This document shows positions 50,094 to 61,310 of a stretch of DNA of 64,000 bases, in pieces. The stretch comes from Azolla caroliniana (Eukaryota; Plantae; Polypodiophyta), in assembly GCA_043228905.1 (NCBI GenBank), contig JBHGNT010000012.1, positions 12,152,001-12,216,000 on the forward strand. The letters run 5' to 3'. A program made the translations under genes and the position numbers. A model generated the notes under the pieces. The model did not search any database. It worked only from the letters and a program-made list of their open reading frames with translations, and was not told the origin of the DNA. Within the stretch, counting starts at the first letter, position 1, and the number at the start of each line of letters is the position of its first letter.

Positions 50094-53037
50094 TTTTGGC
50101 CAACCAAAACCGGACCGGCGATGGCGCCGGTTATCCGACGGCATCCGACGACGCACCAGTAACAGACGGCATTCGGCGACGGCAACGGTAACCGACGGCA
50201 TCCAGCGAACCGGCGTCCGGCGACTAGATAAATAAATATATAAATATATATACATATTTACATATACAAGGAGGGCAAGTAAAGATTCGAACCTTGCACC
50301 TCCAAGTTAGGAGTCAATTGGCGTACCATTAAGCCATGCTATTTAGTTGAAATTATTTTTCTATCATCGTATTTTTACATGTGAATTCTCATACATGAGA
50401 ACTAAAATGAGTGACATGGTTATCATGCACCACATGTAATACTTAAGCGCCAAATGGCAAACATGCAACTTATGCATGTCTTGTACCCTCACATGCATCA
50501 TATGCATGAGAGTATCTATAAAAGAGGGAAGGGGGAGGAGAAAAAACACGGTTTTTTTTATTATAAAATTAAGAAGAAGAAATTCATTATCAAATTGATG
50601 GTGTAACTTGTTTCTTAAATCCAAAGATAAAACTTCAATCAATCTTTCTCAATCATTTAATCTCAACTTCTCTCTTTCCCAATCTATCTTAAGTACTTTC
50701 TCGCCACAGCTTGTATCGACTTTGAATCCTTCCGGTCCAGAACCCCGGCGGTTCCGCCTCACGATCCGCGCGTAGTGACGGATCTTCACGACATAATTAA
50801 GTGGTGAACCCGACGTGAAAGAGGCGGTAGGAAGGATCAAGTCGAGATTAATACTTGGAGATGGCGTCCTCAAGCAACCAAGCGGGAGAGCTCGAAAGGA
50901 TAATGCTAATCGTCGAGCAAATGATGAGATCTCGGGACAACGACGCGAGTGTGGAGAAGGCTATCGATCGTGTCGTAGAGCTCGAGGGCCAATTCGATGG
51001 AAGGAATGTTACGAAGTTCCTTGATGCATATAGAAGGGAGATGAATCAGAGGGACGTGTCCGAGGCACGTCAAATCGCAAGCTTCAAGAGATTTGTCGCC
51101 AAGAACATCCAAAGACGCGTCATCGAGCTTCAAGAAGGTAAGACAACATGGTCCGAGTTCGAGAAAATGATATGAGCGGAGTTCATGACTGAAGACTCAA
51201 CGAGGATGACTCGACATGCCCTGATGAAGTGGATAGAGAAGAAGAATAAGAAGATGAGTGTCTCGAGGGTGTACGACGAATTTGACCAGATGTTTAGTCG
51301 TCTCCCCAATACGGACCAAGTGTTGCTTGAAGAGGATAAGACTTTGTACTTCTTGAAGGCCGTGGACATAAAGGATAGACGGGAGTTGGGGACTCTTCTC
51401 GAAGATGATACCCAAGCAAATGGGCTCGTAGCGGACTGGATCGCGGTGAAGCGGGCATGCAATAGGCTCGACAAGCGTCGCCAATGGGTTGATGAGACCG
51501 ACTTGACGGGATCGACTACCACGGAGAAAGCAAGACCGTCGAAAGTAGCTGAGCTGCCAAGACAAAGTAACGTGGAAGAAAAGAAGATTGATGACGACAT
51601 CATTGAAGAGCTAGCGAAGAAGTTCGAGAAGGTCACGCTAGCCAACATGAATCGTCGGGGCCCTAAAGGAAAAGAACCGTTTAGATGCGTGTGGTGCGAT
51701 AGCATGGACCACATGAGAAGGGATTGTGCGAGCCTTCGAGAGGCGATTCGACAAAATATCGTATACATAGAGGACAACATGATCTGCTCAAGCGAGACTA
51801 GAAGACCCCTACGGGTGAATTTCGGAAGAGGAGGAATGAAGAGATCTATGGAGGATGCCGACGCGACTCATGTGGATGCGATGCACTATGCTACGTTGGC
51901 CGGAATAAGAGTCGGGAAAGACAAGACTGAAGCTGCTAGAGCGGGAGCAAAGTTTTGGACTTCCGTTCTCGAATATGAGAAGAAGGGAAAAATCACATCG
52001 AACGAGGTAGAGCTTGCGGACCGAAGCGTGCAAAGCTTAACCGGGTGGTCGGATCCAGTGGACAACAACACCATACTCGCAGAGGTGATGTGCAACAACC
52101 ACAAGGTGTTCGTCGAAGAAAAGAGAAAGAGAATAGAAGAGCAAGGGCCATCAAAAAGACATGAAACAAGGAACGCGAAAAAGAAGGACGATGCGGAGAC
52201 GAGTCGACCTTTACAAACGGAGGAACGAGAATCAAGCCGAAAAGGGGAGCCGAGCATACGAGTTGAAGAAACGGTTCGGCCCGTGAAGGTTGGTGTCGTA
52301 GACCCCGCTCGGAGGACAAGGACCATACCTACCTATAAGCTAAGGTCAGACATAGAGCAGACGATGGACCTAAAGAAGACTTGTACGGAGGACTTGTACG
52401 GAGCTTGTCCTAATGTCAAAGTCACGATCGGGGATGTGGAGATGGATCAACACTTCTTCGTACAAGAATCGGCGTCGCATCCTGTCATCCTAGGGCAACC
52501 TTATATCACATCATCTCGGATGGAGAACAAAGTGTTCGATAATGGAGCATCCTTCGCACGAATAAAGAGTCTTGACAACCAAAGATCGGTCCAATTCCTA
52601 ACGGTGCAAGCCAATCATGAAAGGAATCGAGATAGTCTCGGAGGCGAATCCTCGAATTTTTAGAGCAGACTATTGAAGCATGGGGCACAAATAGTCCGAG
52701 CAATCACAAGACCCCACAAGAAAGAAGAGTGCGTGGATTGCAAGGAGAAGCAACATGTGTCACACCTAGTGGCGCATGTAAACTAGTACTACCCGACAAG
52801 AAGCACAAGCGCCGGATACAAGAATTCGAGAAGACGCTGAAAGAAGAGAATATAATAGAAGAAGGAGATTTCGTGACTCATATTATGGAAGAAGCCTCAT
52901 TTAACAACACCATCGGCGAAATCGAGGACATCGTGGACTTGAGCTATCTTCACAACCAACGCGTGATTTCGGTTAACTCCGTCAACATGTACGCTATCAT
53001 CGATGAATACCGTCGTGGCATCTCGATGAAGGAAGCT
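50094..53037 (+). mobile_element. Truncated family A copy (partial LTR 50094-50793, Trp PBS, gag with about 400-bp deletion removing the protease active site, start of pol)
   Basis: ORFs 50855-51175, 51185-52663 and 52729-53058, compared with 55089-57699. Confidence 0.92.
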
Positions 53038-55036
53038 CACGCAGTCCCGTCTTCTTAGTACTAATAGTACTTCTCTTATTAGTACTAACTCCATCTCTGT
53101 TTTAGTACTATTCCTGACAGTTTGAACCCACATACGCCTCAGTCACGGCTAAACCGTTTGCACGCGATGTACCTCAAGCCAATATGATAGGGGATCTGCA
53201 ACAAATCACTCTCGAAAAACAACAAACGCAACAACAACATGGCGAGTTAGCGTTACGGGTACAACAACTCGAAGCGGCGTTGCAACAACAAGGATCAAGT
53301 CCCCAAGGATTTCATAAAGAGCCCAAGATTGGACTTCCTGTGAAATTTGATGGAACACGATCGCAATTCCGGGGATTCCTTAATTAGGTACGCTTAGTCA
53401 TCCAAATGCATCCTTCCCGATATCCCACTGATGCATCTCGAGTCGGCCTAATAGGCACGTTACTTAGCAGCTCAGCCTTGGCATGGTTCGCTCCACTTCT
53501 AGAAAAACAATCACCCTTGCTTAATAACTTTGAACATTTTATTGGTGAGTTTAAAGCCTGCTTTGGAGATACCGACAGCATTAGGACGACGATCAACAAG
53601 ATCCGAAGATTGCGTCAAGGCGATCGTCCAGCCTCGGCCTACGCGGCAGATTTCCGTCTACTCGCCTCAGATATCCCCTGGGACGATCAGGCCCTCATGG
53701 AGCAGTTTCGCTACGGCTTGCGCAACGATGTCAAAGACTTTCTTTTAACCTTCCCTGAGGAACCAAAGTCTCTTACGGAGGCAGTCAATCGAGCGGTCCG
53801 ATGCGACAACCGCCTTTCCGAACGGCGTTCGGAACGTTAGTTACAAATACCACGCTCTCGGCCGGAACCCACATATGCCTCAGTCACGGCTAAACCGTTT
53901 GCACGCGATGTACCTCAAGCCAATATTCCGACACCGATGGAGATCGACACCATGCGTCGACGCGGCCCGTTGTCGTGAAGATTTTCGGCAATTGTGTGAA
54001 AATCCCATAAAACGTACGAAATCGAGTATGAATCATGTAATACAATAATTGTGAAGATAACATTTTTAATATCTAAGTACAAAATGATGGAGGTTTCGAA
54101 TGCACTTTATTACACGAGAAATGGACAACTAAATGTCAAAATATGAGGGTATAAAGTTTGTGAAAAGAAAAGAGAAAATTGTGAGATATCCCACATAGGC
54201 ACGACAAATACGGCTCTCATCATATATAAGGTGGAGCAAAAGATATTATCTTTGTGTCTATGTGTGGAGCATAGAGAGTTCAAGGTAACTTGAACTAAGA
54301 GTGGAGGTGGCTAACTACTCGAAAAGGGTTTTGGCCAACCAAAACCGGACCGGCGATGGAGCCGGTGATCCGACGGCATCCGACGGCAATCCGGCGGCGG
54401 CATCCAGAGACGGCGGCGGCATCCAGCGATGGCGTCGACATCCGGTATCCGGCGACGGCATCCGGCGGCGGCATCCAGCGAGACACCGGTATCCGGCGAC
54501 GGTATCCGGCGACTAGATAAAATAAATATATAAATATATATACATATTTACATATACAAGGAGGGCAAGTATGGATTCGAACCTTGCACCTCCAAGTTAG
54601 GAGTCAATTGGCTTACCATTAAGCCATGCTATTTAGTTGAAATTATATTTCTATCATTGTACTTTTACATGTAAATTCTCATCCATGAGATCTAAAATGA
54701 GTGACATGGTTAGCATGCACCACATGTAATACTTAAGCGCCAAATGGCAAACATGCAATTTATGCATGTCTTGTACCCTCACATGCATCATATGCATGAG
54801 AGCATCTATAAAAGAGGGAAGGGGGAGGAGAAAAACACGGTTTTTTTTTATGAAAATTAAGAGGAAGAAATTCGTTATCAAATTGATCGTGTAATCTCAA
54901 CTTCTCTCTTTCCCAATCTATCTTAAGTACTTTCTTGCCAAAGCTTGTATCGACTCTAAATCCTTCTGGTCCAGAACCCCGGCGGTTCCGCCTCACGATC
55001 CGCGCGTAGTGACGGATCTTCACGACATAATTAAGT
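53036..55036 (+). repeat. Near-identical 2-kb segmental duplicate of 47476-49463
   Basis: Identical ORF translations at an offset of 5560; differs mainly by a 12-bp repeat unit and a 1-bp indel. Confidence 0.95.
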
Positions 55037-55088
55037 GGTGAACCCGACGTGAAAGAGGCGGTAGGAAGGATCAAGTCGAGATTAATAC

Positions 55089-57289
55089 TTGGAGATGGCG
55101 TCCTCAAGCAACCAAGCAGGAGAGCTCGAAAGGATGATGCTAATCGTCGAGCAAATGATGAGATCTCGGAACAACGACGCGAGCGTGGAGAAGGCTGTCG
55201 ATCGTGTCGTAGAGCTCGAGGGCCAATTCGATGGAAGGAACGTTACGAAGTTCCTTGATGCATATAAGAGGGAGATGAATCAAAGGGACGTGTCCGAGGC
55301 ACGTCAAATCGCAAGCTTCAAGAGAGTTGTCGCCAACAACATCCAAAGACGCGTCATCAAGCTTCAAGAAGGAAAGACAACATGGTCCGAGTTCGAGAAA
55401 ATGATACTAGTGGAGTTCGTGACTGAAGACTCAACGAGGATGACTCGACATGCCCTGATGAAGTGGATAGAGAAGAAGAATAAGAAGATGAGCGTCTCGA
55501 GGGTGTACGACGAATTCGACCAGATGTTTAGTCGTCTTCCCAATACGGACCAAGTATTGCTTGAAGAGGACAAGACTTTGTACTTCTTGAAGGCCGTGGA
55601 CATAAAGGATAGACGGGAGTTGGGGACTCTTCTCGAAGATGATACCAAAGCAAATGGGCTCATAGCGGACTGGATCGCGGTGAAGTGGGCATGCAATAGG
55701 CTCGACAAGCGTCGCCAATGGGTTGATGACACCGACTTGACGGGACCAACTACCACGGAGAAAGCAAGACCGCCGAAAGTAGCTGAGCCGCCAAGACAAA
55801 GTAACGTGGAAGAAAAGAAGATTGATGATGACATCATTGAAGAGCTAGCGAAGAAGTTCGAGAAGGCCACTCTAGCTAACATGAATCATCGGGGCCCTAA
55901 AGGAAAAGAACCCTTTAGATGCGTGTGGTGCGATAACATGGACCACATGAGAAAGGATTGTGCGAGCCTTCGAGAGGCGATTCGACAAAATATCGTATAC
56001 ATAGAGGACAACATGATCTGCTCAAGCGAGACTAGAAGACCCCTACGGGTGAATTTCGGAAGAGGAGGAATGAAGAGATCTATGGAGGATGCCGATGCGA
56101 CTCATGTGGATGCGATGCGACTCATGTGGATGCGATGCACTATGCTGTGTCGGCCGGAATAAGAGTCGGGAAAGACAAGACTGAAGCTGCTAGAGCGGGA
56201 GCAAAGTTTTGGACTTCCGTTCTCAAATATGAGAAGAAGGGAAAAATCACATCGAGCGTGCAAAGCATAACCGGGTGGTCGGATCCAGTGGACGACAACA
56301 CCATACTCGCAGAGGTGATGTGCAACAACCACGAGGTGTTCGTCGAAGAAAAGAGAAAGAGAATAGAAGAGCAAGGGCCATCAAAAAGACATGAAACAAG
56401 GAACGCAAAAAAGAAGGACGATGCAGAGACGAGTAGACCTTTACAAACGGAGGAACGAGAATCAAGCCGAAAAGGGGACCCGAGCATACGAGTTGAAGAA
56501 ACGGTTCGGCCCGTGAAGGTTGGTGTCGAAGACCCCGCTCGGAGGACAAGGACCATACCTACCTATAAGCTAAGGTCGGACATAGAGCAGACGACAGACC
56601 TAAAGAAGATTCTCGAAGAACGAGTTCTTGATAGCCACGTAACTTTGTCCTTGAGGGAATTGCTTGGCATTACGAAGAAGGAGTTCCATGACACGATCGT
56701 GGACCTTGTAAAGAGAAAGAGACAACAATTGGACGAGGAAGAAGAGAAGCCGCAGAAAGCAAAAACGAATGCCATAACGATGGCAAGAGACGAAATCGAT
56801 GAAGATATGGTGGACAGCCACTACACTCAACCTCATTGGGCACGAGCGACAACGGAGACGCCGGTGAAGATCGGGGAGAAGAAAGAGACCGTCGTAGCCT
56901 TGATCGACCACGGCTTGGAGATCAACCTCATGTCAACCGACTTCTACAAAAAGGGAAGATGGCCAATCAATACAAACCACGGATGGAAGATTCGCGCGGC
57001 AACAAAGTCTACGGAGGACTTGTACGGAGCTTGTCCCAATGTTAAAGTCACGATCGGGGATGTGGAGATGGATCAACACTTCTTCGTACTAGAATCGGCG
57101 TCGCATCCTGTCATCCTAGGGCAACCTTATATCACATCATCTCGGATGGAGACCAAAGTGTTCGATAATGGAGCAGCCTTCGCACGAATAAAGAGTCTTG
57201 ACAACCAAAGATCGGTCCAATTCCTAACAGTGCGAGCCAATCTTGAAAGGAATCGAGATAGTCTCGGAGGCGAATCCTCGGATTTTTAG
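55089..57289 (+). pseudogene. gag: Family A gag-protease, frameshifted by a 20-bp tandem duplication near 56094-56137
   Basis: ORFs 55089-56162 and 56126-57289. Confidence 0.9.
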
Positions 57290-59847
57290 AGTGGACTATT
57301 GAAGCATGGGGCACAAATAGTCCGAGCAATCACAAGACCCCACAAGAAAGAAGAGCGCGTGGATTGCAAGGAGAAGCAACATGTGTCACACCTAGTGGCG
57401 CATGTAAACTAGTACTACCCGACAAGAAGCACAAGCACCGGATACAAGAATTCGAGAAGATGCTGAAAGAAGAGAACATAATAGAAAAAGGGGAGCTCGT
57501 GACTCATATTATGGAAGAAGCCTCATTTAACGACACCATCGGCGAAATCGAGGACGTCGTGGACTTGAGCTATCTTCACAACCAATGCGTGATTTCGGTT
57601 AACTCCGTCAACATGTACGTTATCATCGATGAATACTGTCGTGGCATCTGGATGAAGGAAGCTGACATCAACACGAAATATAAAACGGTGGATAAGTAGA
57701 TCAAGCCAGTTGCGGTTCCGCTACCGGAAGATAGCTGGCAAAAGATGAAGGAAGTCGCTAACGATCCAAGCTTAAGAGATCCGAAGAAGATAGGTCATGA
57801 CTTCACCAAAGAGACGAAGGGGAAGCTACGAGTTGGGAAGGAGGATTTCCTTCTCCCTGAAGAGGAGCGAATGTTTCGCGATATGCTTGAGAGACATGGG
57901 AAGGCTTTCGCATTCTTCCCACGAGAAATCGGATGCGCCGACCCAAAGGTTATAGAGCCGATGGTGATCTTCACGGTGCCTCATATGCCTTGGAATTTGA
58001 AACCGATACCGGTTCCGAGAGCACACCTTCCAAAGCTGATCGAGCTCTTAAAGGAGAAGGTGAGTATGGGAATTCTAGAACCGTCGAATGCTCCTTATTC
58101 CAATAGGTGGTTCACGGTGCCGAAGAAGAATGGATCATTGCGATTCATCCAAGATCTTCAACTCGTCAACAAGGTGACAATTCGAAATGCCGGAATCGGT
58201 CCGAGCGTGGACGAATTTGCTGAAGCGTTTGCGGGCCGGTCCATCTACTCCATTGGCGATCTCTACTCCGGATATGACCAATTCCAATTGGCGATCGACA
58301 GTCGGGACATTACAACCATGAGGACTCCGATCGGGCTTGTGCGGATGTGTACCTTACCCCAAGGCGCAACGAACTCGGTGGCTCATATGGTGAATGCCAT
58401 GAATAAAGTCTTGAAGGATTGCATTCCGGACATCACGATGCCATTCTTGGATGATATTCTGATAAAAGGATGTTCGGATGAGGAGAAAGATGAATCAAAA
58501 GATAAGGAAGGTTGTAGAAAGTTCGTTGCGGATCATATGAAAGATTGCGAGAAGGTGCTTCAAAGGCTCGAAGATGCGAATTTGACATTTTTGGGAGAAA
58601 AATCCGCATTCAGGCAACCGGAGATCTTGGTGGTAGGTCACTTGTGTGGAGCATATGGCCGGAAGCCTTCACCATCCAAAGTGAACGCAATCCAAGACAT
58701 GAAAGAAGAATGCAAAAACCAAACGGAGGTTCGAAGGTTCCTTGGAGCGTGCACATTTTATCATATATGGATTCCTCACTACGCTCATGTCGCCGAACCG
58801 TTATATGGACTACTAAAGGAAAGAATAAAGTTCGAATGGCGAGACGAGCACACAAAGGCGATGCGAAGATTAAAGAAACTCCTTCTTGAAGCTCCGGCAC
58901 TAAGGAAGGCCGACTATGTCGAAGGGAAACCAATTTACGTGACTGTAGATACGAGTCCAACCGGAATCGGGTGGGTCATCAACCAAGAAGGTGAAGATAA
59001 TGCGCGATATGCCATCCGGTTCGGATCAAAGGTTCTCAGCGAACGGCAACAAAGATATGCCCAAGTCAAGCGGGAACTTTGGGGTATTGTGTCGGCAGTG
59101 AAGACGGACAAAGATTACCTGATCGGGTCAGAAGTGATAATAGAGACAGATTGTCTCCCAATTCTCGGAATGGTCTCGGGATGTGCGACCCCAGATCTTG
59201 CTATGCTAAGGTGGATCGCCTACATCAAGTCTTTAAACCCAGAGATCCGTCACATTGCAGGGAAGAAGAACGCCATGGTTGACATGCTGTCGAGGGCAAG
59301 ATTTTCAAATGGAAGTAACATGGTTTCGGAAGATGAAGATGTCGCGCTCGACTTCTTCAAGATGGCTCGATTGTCGGCGGAAGACTAGGACACGCAAACC
59401 CTCCACGCCTTCAACGAGAACGAGTATGAAGGAGAATGGTTACCCATCGGTAGATTCCTAAGAACATTGACAACAGATGCTTCGTTGACAAAGGAGGAGG
59501 CACCCCGATTAAAGAACAAAGTTCGGTTCGACAACACGCATCGACTTCGTCCCAAGAAGATTGAAGAAGGGGATTGGGTTTTGGTTTACGACAGCACCCT
59601 TGACAATCAACACAGTACAACAAGGAAGTTCGCAAGAAGATGGTTCGGGCCGTATGTGGTGACAAGTGCCAACGATAATGCCACATACCACCTTACGGAA
59701 CTAGACGGATCAAGGTTGGCCGTACCCATTGCGGGAAAAAGAGTAAAGATTTTCAAGAAAAGACAAGACAAGGATCCTGACCTCGATTACCTCGACGATG
59801 AACATAATAGGCCGGATGAAAATGAAGACATGGAGGAATCTATTTGA
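57286..59847 (+). pseudogene. pol: Family A pol (linker, RT FLDD, RNase H, C-terminal integrase remnant)
   Basis: DLYSGYDQ, LPQGATNS, PFLDD, VTVDTS, RWFGPY. The stop at 57697 is AAG in the copy at the left edge. No HHCC/DDE region. Confidence 0.92.
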
Positions 59848-60977
59848 TCATCGTAGCCGAAATCTCACTTCTTCTCTTCTTGGCACGTACCGGAGGACGT
59901 GCGGTTTGGTGGGGGTGGATGTCGTGAAGATTTTCGGCAATAGTGTGAAAATCCCATAAAACATACGAAATCGAGTATGAATCACATAGTACAATAATTG
60001 TGAAGATAAAATTTTAAATAGATTTAATATCTAAGTACAAAATGATGGAGGTTTCGAATGCACTTTATTACACGAGAAACGGACAACTAAATGTCAAGAT
60101 ATGAGGGTATAAAGTTTGTAAAAGGAAAGGAGAAAATTGTGAGATATCCCACATAGGCACGACAAATACAGCTGTCATCATATATAAGGTGGAGCAAGAG
60201 ATATTATCTTTGTGTTTATGTGTGCAGCATAGAGAGTTCAAGGTAACTTGAACTAAGAGTGGAGGTGGGCTAGCTACTCTTAAAGGGTTTTGGCCAACCA
60301 AAACCGGACCGGCGATGGAGCTGGTGATCCGGCGACGGCAACGGTAATCGACGACATCCGACGACGCAACGGTAACCGACGGCATCCGGCGAACGGACGT
60401 TCGGCGACTAGATAAATAAATATATAAATATATATACATATTTACATATACAAGGAGGGCAAGTAAAGATTCGAACCTTGCACCTCCAAGTTAGGAGTCA
60501 ATTGGCTTACCATTAAGCCATGCTATTTAGTTGAAATTATATTTCTATCATTGTACTTTTACATGTAAATTCTCATACATGAGAACTAAAATGAGTGACA
60601 TGGTTATCATGCACCACATGTAATACATAAGCGCCAAATGGCAAACATGCAATTTATGCATGTCTCGTACCCTCACATGCATGATATGCATGAGAGTATC
60701 TATAAAAGAGGGAAGGGGGAGGAGAAAAAACATAGTTTTTTTCATTATGAAATTAAGAAGAAGAAATTCGTTATGAAATTGATGGTGTAACTTGTTTCTT
60801 AAATCCAAAGATAAAACTTCAATCAATCTTTCTCAATCATTTAATCTCAACTTCTCTCTTTCCCAATCTATCTTAAGTACTTTCTCGCCAAAGCTTGTAT
60901 CGACTTTGAATCCTTCCGGTCCAGAACCCCGGCGGTTCCGCCTCACGATCCGCGCGTAGTGACGAATCTTCACGACA

Positions 60978-61310
60978 GCGTGCCGACCCGCCACCTCCAC
61001 CATGACCACGGTGCCTATCTTTCTCTGTATTCAACATCTTGTTGTTAGTGTGCGTACTCATCAACGCACCCATGTGGTTCTCCTTGACAAGGAGCATTAA
61101 GTGTAAGTCAAAAAATGGAGGCATATTCTCCCTCGAGCAAACCATTGTTCAAATTGCTCCAAACTTCAACGCCAAGCCCCTGAGGCAGACCTGCACCATC
61201 TCATCCTCCTTGACGGTCATGTTGATGGAGGAAAGGGAGTCACAAATCTCCTTGATCCAGGTTGTATAGTCGGCCACAAACATTTCTTTCGGTCGGACAT
61301 TTCTCAACTC
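60978..61310 (-). pseudogene. gag: Copia gag remnant (G/H-like)
   Basis: IKEICDSLSSI, QVCLRGL and PPFFDLHLMLLVKENH on the minus strand. Confidence 0.8.

Larger units (their letters stand above)
53971..60977 (+). mobile_element. Family A Gypsy element with two LTRs (53971-55027, 59920-60977); chimeric, integrase core deleted
   Basis: Trp PBS 55036-55053, PPT about 59908-59919. Flanks CCGT/GCGT do not match and the LTRs are of different subtypes. Confidence 0.92.
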
